This document shows, one piece after another, positions 1-8,509 of a stretch of 64,000 bases of DNA. Numbering within the stretch: position 1 is the stretch's first letter; every line of letters starts with the position of its first letter. This DNA is from Planctomycetota bacterium. Its GTDB lineage: Bacteria; Planctomycetota; UBA8108; SXIK01. Below the pieces are notes generated by a model. It was not told where the DNA came from. It saw nothing but the letters and a program-made list of their open reading frames with translations, and ran no database searches. The stretch spans positions 2,912,001 to 2,976,000 of the forward strand of contig CBDCXR010000004.1 of NCBI GenBank assembly GCA_965223845.1. The letters run 5' to 3'. The translations under genes were made by a program, and so were the position numbers.

Positions 1-562
1 GCAGCGCGCACTCGCGGCACAGCCGATCGAGCCATCTCGGCGCAGCGCGGGCTCGGTTTACAAGCATCGAGCGCGAGCTCCGGTACCGCCGGATCGCGAG
101 GCTCGACACGAGCAGCACACCGGCGAACCAGATCGCGACGAGCGATGATCGCAGCGACCGCGGCACGGAAAAACCGGCGGCGGGACCGACGCTCGACGCG
201 GCATTGAGCTCGCCGTCGACGAAGTCCCCCACGGACGATGCGATCGTCGGCGAGCTGGATGTGCCGGAAGTCGCTCCGTCCCCTAAGACGGGAACCACCT
301 CCGGTGCGGACGGCTGAACGAACGAGACGTCCACGACTCTTCCGATGCTAAAGGGCGAACTCCAAGTCGGCGGGATCACCAGCTTGATGAAAACGAGGAG
401 CCAAACCGCCGCAACGAACTGTGGACGTGCGCGCTGGCCGATGACGCGGTCGATCGCGGCGACGATGACAAGCACGACGACGAGTTGCATCGACATCGCC
501 GCGCCCCACTCCCAGAGCGGTTGCCAGACGGCTTGAAGTTGGCCGACCAAGGACCCGATCAC
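1..562 (-). CDS. BlaR1/MecR1-like M56 family membrane peptidase/sensor, N-terminal part (runs off window edge)
   Basis: Not in ORF track. GTG at 562 overlaps the BlaI stop (GTGA). Translates VIGSLVGQLQAVWQPLWEWGAAMSMQLVVVLVIVAAIDRVIGQRARPQFVAAVWLLVFIKLVIPP, the typical hydrophobic M56 N-terminus (W-L-L-x-x-x-K-L-x-x-P). Directly downstream of a BlaI-family gene. Confidence 0.8.
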   Translation of the reverse strand, partial: MIGSLVGQLQAVWQPLWEWGAAMSMQLVVVLVIVAAIDRVIGQRARPQFVAAVWLLVFIKLVIPPTWSSPFSIGRVVDVSFVQPSAPEVVPVLGDGATSGTSSSPTIASSVGDFVDGELNAASSVGPAAGFSVPRSLRSSLVAIWFAGVLLVSSLAIRRYRSSRSMLVNRARAAPRWLDRLCRECAL

Positions 563-936
563 CGCTTCTCCTTCTTCCCTGTTCGCTCAGCCAGTAGCGA
601 CGCGAGCTCTTCGCGGTCGCGCTTCGAGAGCTTCTCGTCGGCGAGCATGTGCTGGAAAAGCGATCCGAACGTACCGTCAAAAGCCCTCTCGACGAGCGAA
701 CGAAGCGCGGAGCCGCGTGCTTGGCTGCGGGACACGAGCGGCTCGAATAGGCTGACGTTGGCGCGCTTCCGAGTCGACAGGGCTCCTTTCTCGACGAGCC
801 GACCGAGGATGGTCTTGACCGTCGTATACGCCCAATCGGTCTCGTCACCGACGCGCTCGAGCACATCGCGAACGCTCGCCGGATGACTCGCCCAGACGGC
901 GTTCATGACCGTCCACTCGGTGTCGCTGAGCTTCAT
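559..936 (-). CDS. BlaI/MecI/CopY family transcriptional repressor
   Basis: MKLSDTEWTVMNAVW...VRDVLE...WAYTTVKTILGRLVEKG winged-helix signature and C-terminal dimerisation helix (LSKRDREEL). Start ATG 936 or GTG 939. Confidence 0.93.
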   Translation of the reverse strand: MKLSDTEWTVMNAVWASHPASVRDVLERVGDETDWAYTTVKTILGRLVEKGALSTRKRANVSLFEPLVSRSQARGSALRSLVERAFDGTFGSLFQHMLADEKLSKRDREELASLLAERTGKKEKR

Positions 937-967
937 CACGACTTTCAGCGGGAAACGGACACGCGGC

Positions 968-1015
968 TTCTGCTACACATGTAGCAGAAAATACCACAGT
1001 AGTAGCAAGAGTCAA
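968..1015 (-). promoter_or_regulatory. Sigma70-type promoter of the blaI-like gene overlapped by BlaI/CopY-type operator(s)
   Basis: Minus strand TTGACT-16 nt-TATTTT with an extended TG. Perfect inverted repeat TTCTGCTACA-CA-TGTAGCAGAA (968-989) contains the TACAnnTGTA box. A degenerate second box lies at 993-1006. Confidence 0.8.
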
Positions 1016-1336
1016 GCTGTGCTTCCGCACTCATCGGCCGTTCGCTCGAGCGGGATTCTGTCTGCCGGAGCCACGTGATTCAGTTCGCGGGAGTTCCACC
1101 ACTCGGGATCACGTGGATCCGACAACTCCGCCATGGCTCGATCCAATCGCGCTCGCCGCCGGTGACGCCCGAATCACGAGGGCGGAAAACCGATACCCAT
1201 GCGTCGATTCCGCAGCCACATCGTGTCGTCCACCGAGGGCTTCGTTTCCCGTCTTCGGTTCACTTGGCAGGTCACGGGGCGCCTGCCATGATGGGAGCAA
1301 AATCGCGCGCCGCAGCACACTCCCGAACGAGGTTCG

Positions 1337-3148
1337 ATGAAAGAGCGTTTCGTCTCGATCGCCGTGATGCCGTTCCGGAATCTGTCTGCTGATCCGGATA
1401 CGGAATTCTTCGCGAGTGGCTTCGTGGAAGACTTGATCGCGGAATTGACCCGATTTCGATCCCTGAGGGTCGTCGCGAGTCAGAGCACCGTCATGCTCAA
1501 CGCGGCGGGTCGCTCCGTCGATGAAGTCGCAGAGGAGTGGGATCTCCAGTACGTCCTCGAGGGAAGCATACGCCGCGGCGGATCTGCGCTTCGCGTGAGC
1601 GCTCAGCTCGTCCGCGTCGACGGCCGGCAGACGATCTGGGCCGAGCGCTTCGACGCCGCACTCGATCAGGTCTTCTCGATCCAAGACGAGATCGTGGCGA
1701 CCGTGGCCGGGAGTCTCGCCGTCAAGATCGACGACGCGGAGCACGCGAAGGCTCAAGGACGGTCGATCGAGCAGCTGCCCGCGTACGATTGCTGGCTTCG
1801 GGGAATGCACGTCCTCAAGCGCGGCACTCTCGAAGCCGACGCGGAGTCGCGGTCGTACTTCGAGCAGGCGCTCCAGATCGACTCGAGCTACGCGCGCGCT
1901 TACGCCGGGCTTTCGCTCTCCTATTTCAACGAATGGTCCTGCCAGGCCTGGCACCTGTGGGACGAGAGCGAGACGAACGCGTTCGACTGCGCCGCGAAAG
2001 CAGCCGACCTTGACGACTCCGACGCGATGGTGCATGCCGTGCTCGCGCGAGTCCATCGCTTCCGGCATCAACACGAGCAAGCCGACCGGCACGTCGCGCG
2101 CGCCATGGCTCTGAATCCGAACGACCCCCACGTACTGATTCAAGTTGCCATCGCGACACTGTTCGGCGGTGAACCCGAGGTGGGCTGCGAGCGAGCTCGA
2201 AAAGCCGTTCGATTGAATCCGCTCCACCCCGATTGGTACCTCGGAATCGTCGGTTGGAACCTCTTCGCGATGAAACGATACGAAGAGGCCCTTGAGCATC
2301 TCGCGAGAGCGGGCGAAACGATCGTCAATTTTGCGGCGTATCGAGCCGCCTGCGCTGCCCTCGCCGGAGACTTGCCGCGAGCGGCCGAGGAGTACCAGGT
2401 CTTTCTCGACGAATACCGAGACAAGATCACGTTCGGGCGCGACCCCGAACCGGGCGAGGCGCTTCGATGGGCCGTTCAGGTCGAGCCGTTTCGTCGCGCC
2501 CGAGATTCCAAGCACATGCCGAACGCGCTCCGGGATGCCGGCGTCGATGAAGTCGACGTCGAAGAGGCACTCAGATCGCGCGAACGCACCATGGTTCGTC
2601 CCGCCGCGATCGCTATGCCGCCCGGCAACCTGTTCCTCAAAGAAGGGAATGTGTGGTCGATCTCGTACGGCGGATCCGGAGCGCGACTCGTGGAGCTGAA
2701 GGGCTTCCACGATGTGGTGCGCCTGCTCGCGCAGCCGGGTGACGCGATCCACTGCCTCGAGTTGACCGGCGCGCCGCAGTCGAGCGACTCACCGCTCGAG
2801 ACGCTCGATGCGGAGGCCCGTCGAGAGTATCGCCGGCGCATCGAGGAGCTCGAGACCGAGCTCGAGCGAGCGGAATCCGATTACGACCCCGGACGATCCG
2901 ATCGGATCCGCAGCGAGCTCGAGACCGTGATCGGCGAGCTGGCCAAAGCCACCGGCCTGGGAGGGCGCTCTCGCCGGATCGGCGACACGGCCGAACGCGC
3001 GAGATCGGCGGTGACGTGGCGCATCCGAAGCGCGATCAAAAAAATCCACGCCGCTCACCCACGCCTCGGCCAGCACCTCTCTAACTCTATTCGTACGGGC
3101 AACTTCTGCGTGTACGCGCCCGAGGCGGCGACCGCCTGGGAGCTATGA
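1337..3148 (+). CDS. TolB-like/TPR regulatory protein with putative C-terminal DNA-binding domain
   Basis: N-terminal SIAVMPFRNLS...FFASGFVEDLI...YVLEGSIRR (TolB-like domain of adenylate-cyclase/CadC-type regulators), central TPRs, C-terminal ERARSAVTWRIRSAIKKI...HL..SIRTG.FC.Y motif. Confidence 0.75.
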   Translation: MKERFVSIAVMPFRNLSADPDTEFFASGFVEDLIAELTRFRSLRVVASQSTVMLNAAGRSVDEVAEEWDLQYVLEGSIRRGGSALRVSAQLVRVDGRQTIWAERFDAALDQVFSIQDEIVATVAGSLAVKIDDAEHAKAQGRSIEQLPAYDCWLRGMHVLKRGTLEADAESRSYFEQALQIDSSYARAYAGLSLSYFNEWSCQAWHLWDESETNAFDCAAKAADLDDSDAMVHAVLARVHRFRHQHEQADRHVARAMALNPNDPHVLIQVAIATLFGGEPEVGCERARKAVRLNPLHPDWYLGIVGWNLFAMKRYEEALEHLARAGETIVNFAAYRAACAALAGDLPRAAEEYQVFLDEYRDKITFGRDPEPGEALRWAVQVEPFRRARDSKHMPNALRDAGVDEVDVEEALRSRERTMVRPAAIAMPPGNLFLKEGNVWSISYGGSGARLVELKGFHDVVRLLAQPGDAIHCLELTGAPQSSDSPLETLDAEARREYRRRIEELETELERAESDYDPGRSDRIRSELETVIGELAKATGLGGRSRRIGDTAERARSAVTWRIRSAIKKIHAAHPRLGQHLSNSIRTGNFCVYAPEAATAWEL

Positions 3149-3158
3149 ATCCGCTGCC

Positions 3159-3185
3159 GCCTCACATTGTGAGGCCGGCCCTCAC
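3159..3185. promoter_or_regulatory. Palindromic putative operator between regulator and AhpD-like gene
   Basis: GCCTCACA-T-TGTGAGGC (3159-3175) plus a third CCTCAC half-site (3180-3185). Confidence 0.5.
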
Positions 3186-3275
3186 GCCTTGAAGGGTGGA
3201 CGTGCGGTTCCCCCGGGAGTCCGAGGGAATCTCGACGCGGCCGAACCGAAGCCTCCTTGGCGAAAGGAATTCACC

Positions 3276-4373
3276 ATGCTTCCCAAAGCCCTCCGACTCC
3301 GGCTCTTCGACAGTCTCTCGGTGAAGACGATGCGGTACGTCACGGCGGTGTCCCGACGACACGCGACGGGACTCACGCGGCGAGTCTACGACATGATCGA
3401 CGAAGACTTCTTCGTCAACGGCTCGCTCACGAGTCGCTCGCGAGTGCCGAATCTGCTCGCCGCGATTTGGACCGGTGGTCGCGAGACCATGCTCGTCGAC
3501 GATCATCTCGATCGCACCACGAAGGAAGCGATCTGCGCCGTCCTCTCCGACCTGAACGACTGCCCCTACTGTGGCGATATGCTGGTCGGGCTCGTGCACG
3601 CGGGCGACAAACATGAAGCAGCGTCGGCGGTTTTGCAGCGCTCCCTCAAAGACATCGACGATCCGGTCCTTCGCGACCGTCTCGCGTGGGTCGAGGCGGT
3701 CGGAACGCCGGGGAACACCGACGTTCCCCCGTCTCCGTTTACGTTCGACGAGCTTCCGGAAGTCCTCGGGTCGCTGATGGGAATGGCCGACATCAATCGC
3801 TTCAGCCATGTGGTCATGGACGGCTCGCCCGTCACCACGCCGCGCGGCTTGAAGGGTGCGGCACTTCGGCTCTTCGGCGTCGAGCTGAAAGCCACGAAAG
3901 CGAGCTCCGCCGAGCCAGGCCTCGCTCTCGATCTGCTTCCACCGGCAGAGTTGCCGGAAGACCTCGCCTGGGCGGCGCCGAATCCGCGGATCGCCGACGC
4001 CATCGCGCGGTGGACGGCTTCCGTCGAGCGCGAAACGGACGGCGTCATCTCCCAAGCGGTGCGCGACCGCGTCGCGAAGAGCCTAAGCGGCTGGCGGAAC
4101 GAACAGATGCCGATCAGCCGCGCCTGGGTCGAAGACGAGGTGCGCGGACTCGAAGGAGAGGATCGAGCGATCGCGAGGCTGGCGATCGTGCTCGCGAAAG
4201 CTCCGTACCAGGTGTCGGACGACCTCATCGACGAGATCGTCGACGGGGACGAGGCGCGGTTCGTTCGGATCCTCGCGTGGGCCTCCTTCACGGCAGCGCG
4301 ACGCTTCGTCGCGATCGTCCACGAGACGGTCGAGCCGTCGGCAGTGAGCGAAGAGAAAGTTCACGCGGCTTGA
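3276..4373 (+). CDS. AhpD/carboxymuconolactone decarboxylase-like protein (peroxidase-related)
   Basis: KEAICAVLSDLNDCPYC CxxC motif in the first CMD-like domain; second CMD-like half lacks Cys. RBS AAGGA before ATG 3276. Confidence 0.75.
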   Translation: MLPKALRLRLFDSLSVKTMRYVTAVSRRHATGLTRRVYDMIDEDFFVNGSLTSRSRVPNLLAAIWTGGRETMLVDDHLDRTTKEAICAVLSDLNDCPYCGDMLVGLVHAGDKHEAASAVLQRSLKDIDDPVLRDRLAWVEAVGTPGNTDVPPSPFTFDELPEVLGSLMGMADINRFSHVVMDGSPVTTPRGLKGAALRLFGVELKATKASSAEPGLALDLLPPAELPEDLAWAAPNPRIADAIARWTASVERETDGVISQAVRDRVAKSLSGWRNEQMPISRAWVEDEVRGLEGEDRAIARLAIVLAKAPYQVSDDLIDEIVDGDEARFVRILAWASFTAARRFVAIVHETVEPSAVSEEKVHAA

Positions 4374-4444
4374 ATCACGAGATCGCGATCTCGGCTTTGA
4401 TCTTCTGCGAAGACGATGACGCGAACGTCCGACCGAGTCCGAAC

Positions 4445-4483
4445 GAAGTGCCGAAGGGGACCTGCGATCTCCTTCGGCACTTC
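4445..4483 (+). terminator. Strong hairpin downstream of the AhpD-like gene (possible terminator, no U-tract)
   Basis: GAAGTGCCGAAGGGGA / TCTCCTTCGGCACTTC: 16-bp stem with one G-U pair, 7-nt loop. Confidence 0.45.
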
Positions 4484-4864
4484 CGCATGAGCACTTGGCC
4501 GCACCGCAATCGAAGCGTCTGGATCGCCCGAGTCGGACTGTCAACGTGCGTTGCCGCAGCGTCACAGCCTCTGGTACGATCCCCCCGGCGGTCGAGAATG
4601 ACTGCTGCGAGGGGAGTGCGCGGAGAATCGTTGAGCGGCGGGACAGCCAGGCTTGCGGCGCTCAGCTGGACTGGACCTCGATCGGGCCGACGGCGGGACA
4701 CCGAGAATTGCGTTCTCTGCGGATCGACGAGTTTCCGTGTGTCGAAAGGGGGTCGGACTCTCAACATCCTCGAGGCGGACTAAACCTCCTCGATTGCAAG
4801 TCGGGGAGAGTCGTGGCCCGCCATTGTACGAGCGATCTCAGGATCATACGTAAGCGCACGAGCC

Positions 4865-6778
4865 ATGGAAAAAAACCATCCACTCGAGCACCTCGGCACG
4901 GGACGGACTCCGATCGACGACCGGGAATCGCGGCTCTTTCGGTCGCTCGATATCCGCAACTCAGGGAGTGTCGTCATCGCCGACCTTCTCGAGTCGATCC
5001 GTCAGATCGGGTTGAGATCCGACGACGTCCGGCTGCGGCAAACCTACTCGGCGCTGTCTGAATTCAGTCTTCAGGATGAGATCCCGCTCCGGACGTTTTG
5101 CGACATCGCGGGTCCGAACATTCTCTTGGTGGAACAGGCGCTTCAGGGAAACGCGGCGATTCCCGACTTCGCAGACTTCTGCGCCGAGCTCGAACGCATC
5201 TTCGAAAAAACCAAGGTCATCCAAGCGGGAGACGTCGCGTCCTACATCCCCCAGTTGGCCAAGGTGTCGCCCGATCTCTACGGCGTCGGCCTCTGCACCA
5301 TCGACGGACAGCGCCACGTCCTCGGCGACGCCGACAAGGGTTTCTCGGTTCAATCGTGCTTCAAGCCGATCACCTACGGCATCGCGCTGGAAGAACACGG
5401 AGCCGACTACGTGCACCGGTACGTGGGAAGAGAACCGAGCGGGCTCAACTTCAACGAGTTGGCTCTCGGCGAAGACGGCGAACCTCACAATCCGATGATC
5501 AATGCTGGCGCCATCATGTGTTCGTCGATGGTGCGACCCGACCTGGATCTCGCCGAACGATTCGATTTTCTGCTCGATATCTGGGCACGGCTCTGCGGCA
5601 ACACGAGACCTCAATTCAACAACGCGGTTTACCAGTCGGAACGGAAGACGGCAGATCGGAACTACGCGCTCGGTTACTACATGCGCGAGCACAAGGCTTT
5701 CCCCGACGGCTCTGACATGCTCCAAACGCTGGAGTTTTATTTTCAGTCGTGCTCGATCGAGCTCGACGCCGATGCGATGGCCGTGCTGGCGGCGACCCTC
5801 GCGAACGGCGGCGTTTGTCCGATTACCGGCGAGCGCGTCTTACGCACCGATACGGTTCGGCATTGCCTCTCCCTGATGGTGTCGTGCGGGATGTACGACT
5901 TCTCCGGCGAGTTCGCGTTTTCCGTCGGCCTCCCGGCGAAAAGTGGAGTGGGGGGAGCCATGATCGTCGTCGTCCCCAATCTGATGGGACTCTGTCTGTG
6001 GTCGCCCCGACTCGACGAACGCGGAAACCCCGTGCGCGGCATCGAGTTCTGTAAGGAACTCGTCGCGAAATTCAATCTTCACAATTACGACAATCTGACC
6101 GGGGTCTCAGAGAAGGCGGATCCGAGAACCCGCCGTGCCGAGCGGAAGGCCAAGATCGGCGAGCTCATCTGGGCAGCGAGTAAGGGCGACCATGGAGCGA
6201 CGCATCGACTCATCGTGCGCGGGTTCGAGCAGAACGCGTCGGACTACGACCATCGCACGCCCCTCCACTTAGCGTCGGCTGAAGGTCGTGAGCAGGTGGT
6301 GCGATACCTGGTCGAGAACGGGGCCGAGATCAACCCGCTCGACCGATGGAACGCGACGCCTCTCGACGACGCGTGTCGATACGGACATCGAAACGTCATC
6401 GAATTCCTCCAAGCACATGGCGGCACCCGAGGCCAGCCGGCGAACGACCATGCGCGCGACACGGACGATTCAGTGGATCGCGAGAGGCTGCCCAGCGAAC
6501 GCGAATCGACTTTGGTCGTCGAGCTCATCTACGCCGCGAGTGAGGGCGATCTCGAAGCCGTGCGTCGACTCGTCGCGCGAGGGGCGCGGCTGGATCACGG
6601 AGACTATGACCTTCGGACTCCCCTCCACTTGGCTGCGGCCGAGGGGCACGAGCGCGTCGTCCAGTATCTGATCGACCAAGGAGTTCCGAAAGCGCCGCGG
6701 GACCGCTGGGGCGGTACACCGCTCGACGATGCGCGCCGTCATGGCCAGACCCGCGTGGTCCGGCTCCTGGAGAGATAG
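4865..6778 (+). CDS. glsA: Glutaminase A with N-terminal EF-hand-like region and C-terminal ankyrin repeats
   Basis: VASYIPQLA, FSVQSCFKP (SxxK), EPSG..FN, NPMINAGA, GMYDFSG, GLPAKSGVGG. Two ankyrin blocks (DYDHRTPLHLASAEG, DYDLRTPLHLAAAEG). N-terminal LFRSLDIRNSG EF-like loop. Confidence 0.93.
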   Translation: MEKNHPLEHLGTGRTPIDDRESRLFRSLDIRNSGSVVIADLLESIRQIGLRSDDVRLRQTYSALSEFSLQDEIPLRTFCDIAGPNILLVEQALQGNAAIPDFADFCAELERIFEKTKVIQAGDVASYIPQLAKVSPDLYGVGLCTIDGQRHVLGDADKGFSVQSCFKPITYGIALEEHGADYVHRYVGREPSGLNFNELALGEDGEPHNPMINAGAIMCSSMVRPDLDLAERFDFLLDIWARLCGNTRPQFNNAVYQSERKTADRNYALGYYMREHKAFPDGSDMLQTLEFYFQSCSIELDADAMAVLAATLANGGVCPITGERVLRTDTVRHCLSLMVSCGMYDFSGEFAFSVGLPAKSGVGGAMIVVVPNLMGLCLWSPRLDERGNPVRGIEFCKELVAKFNLHNYDNLTGVSEKADPRTRRAERKAKIGELIWAASKGDHGATHRLIVRGFEQNASDYDHRTPLHLASAEGREQVVRYLVENGAEINPLDRWNATPLDDACRYGHRNVIEFLQAHGGTRGQPANDHARDTDDSVDRERLPSERESTLVVELIYAASEGDLEAVRRLVARGARLDHGDYDLRTPLHLAAAEGHERVVQYLIDQGVPKAPRDRWGGTPLDDARRHGQTRVVRLLER

Positions 6779-7018
6779 GGACCGCCGATTCCCGCGGAGC
6801 GCCGCCCCGTTCGAGAGAGAATCGTCGAGGAAGCTCTCGACGTCTCCAACTCGGTCCCCCGGCACGCCGTAGACCCGATCGACGAAGTGGTACTCACTTC
6901 TCGAGGAACTCGATGACGGTTTCGACGAATCCGTCAGGATCAGGAAGGGAGTTCCGCTCTCTAGGCACGATCGTCGCGAATAGAGAGCGGAACGTCCGAA
7001 GAATTCTGTTCGATAGCG

Positions 7019-8461
7019 CTAACGGCAAATAGCCGAAGAGCTCTCGCATCCGAGGTCATCGTCGTCCGTGGGATCCGCCCCGCATTGCGTCCCCGTGGGC
7101 GCAGGTAGGTCCACGCTCCCGACGAACAGGTAGTTCAGCGCGAAAACGGCGTCCGCGAGATTCACTCCGCCACTGTCGTCGGCATCGGCCGCGTCCGCAC
7201 AGGCGAGCACGTACCCTCGACTGAAGAGATGGTTCAGAGTGAAGATGGCGTCCGCCAAATTCACGCCGCCGTCGGAGTTGGCGTCTCCACGAAGGAATTT
7301 TCGGAGTTGGATGTCTCCGATCTCGAACGCCGCGCCGACAAGCTCGAAGGCACCGGCTTCTTCGGGAACGACCAGGCCGGCCTCGCCGCTCACCGAGTTT
7401 CGTACACTCTCGCCGAAGCAGATCGCGTCATTCCCGCTGATGCCGCCGTCGGCGAAAACGATTTCGGTATTGCCGGCCAGCGCGCCCTCGCGCACGCGAA
7501 ACTCGAGCTGCACGACCGGAGGATCGTAGCGGGGAGGGAGAAAGTTCGCCGCGTCGTCGACCGAGGTGAATCGGCCGCAGCAAACGACGTAGCCTTCGTC
7601 GGTGCCATTGTTCCCCGGGGTCAGATTATCGTTGTTGACCTCGACGGCGAAATCGTCGATCGCCCGACCGTCCGGGCGCTCCCACAAAAGAGTTCCGCCC
7701 ACGGCCTCGAGCTGTTCCTCGTCGAAGTCGATCGAGACGGAGAAACCGGAGGTCGGCTGGTTGGAGCTCAAGATGAGCGGAATGATCAACCGGTCCCCCG
7801 CCGACGGAACCGCGCCGACGCCAGACAGCTCGAACGTCACGTCGTAGTCGGAGAGATTCGGAACGACCGGCGGGCCCGTCACGCTCCCCGTGAGGCGAAC
7901 GTTGAAGGAGAGATCACTACTCCGGAGGCTCTCGTTGAGAACCTGGGCCGCGATGACATTCGCCCCCGCGCGGAGCTCCGAAGTCGCCCCTCCTAGGTCG
8001 AACGACTGCGGCGTTCCCGCCTCGTGATTGCAGTTCGCAAGCGAGCGGTAGGAGAGGGGCCCCCGATGCATATCGACGTTCGCGACCGCCACGGGAGTGC
8101 CGTTGATGTAGGCCACGAAGCCATCGTCGAAGTCCGCGGTCAGAACGAGATTCTCGATGCTGCTCGGATCGTCGATGTTGAAGACTTTGCGAACGTAGAC
8201 CGAGCTGAAGTTTTCCCTCATGCCCTCGATCGTCGTGGCATCGTCGCCGTCACCGTACCCGATGCCCAGCCGTCCGGTGTTCCAGTCCGAGTCGTCGAAT
8301 CCGAGCCGAGTCCACTGAGTGGTTCCCGCCGACGGATCCCGAGTCCCCTCGAAGTAGCGCCATTCCTCGCCGAAGTCGAGCAACACCTCTTCGGCGCTAA
8401 CCCCCGAATGAATCGCCCACGTGAGACACAACGCCCCGACGAGAGACAGAGTTCGCGACAT
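7019..8461 (-). CDS. Secreted protein: galactose-binding-like beta-sandwich + cohesin-like domain + dockerin-like tail
   Basis: Signal peptide; W...FDDSDW..G..GIGYGDGDD...DDGFVAYING module; IPLILSSNQPTSGFSVSIDFD cohesin-like region; FLRGDANSDGGVNLADA...DAADADDSGGVNLADA duplicated Ca-binding loops. Confidence 0.7.
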   Translation of the reverse strand: MSRTLSLVGALCLTWAIHSGVSAEEVLLDFGEEWRYFEGTRDPSAGTTQWTRLGFDDSDWNTGRLGIGYGDGDDATTIEGMRENFSSVYVRKVFNIDDPSSIENLVLTADFDDGFVAYINGTPVAVANVDMHRGPLSYRSLANCNHEAGTPQSFDLGGATSELRAGANVIAAQVLNESLRSSDLSFNVRLTGSVTGPPVVPNLSDYDVTFELSGVGAVPSAGDRLIIPLILSSNQPTSGFSVSIDFDEEQLEAVGGTLLWERPDGRAIDDFAVEVNNDNLTPGNNGTDEGYVVCCGRFTSVDDAANFLPPRYDPPVVQLEFRVREGALAGNTEIVFADGGISGNDAICFGESVRNSVSGEAGLVVPEEAGAFELVGAAFEIGDIQLRKFLRGDANSDGGVNLADAIFTLNHLFSRGYVLACADAADADDSGGVNLADAVFALNYLFVGSVDLPAPTGTQCGADPTDDDDLGCESSSAICR

Positions 8462-8509
8462 GGCATCCTCCCTTGGATGGAATCCCTAAAGTCGATTTCG
8501 CTGGCCGGG

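Noticed and set aside
1071-1116. CCACGTGAT...ATCACGTGG inverted repeat
   Set aside because: Short, each arm is largely self-palindromic, and there is no functional context.
4374-4864. Glutamine (glnA) riboswitch or small gene upstream of glutaminase
   Set aside because: Could not match the riboswitch consensus; overlapping short ORFs lack motifs; only one simple hairpin is supported.
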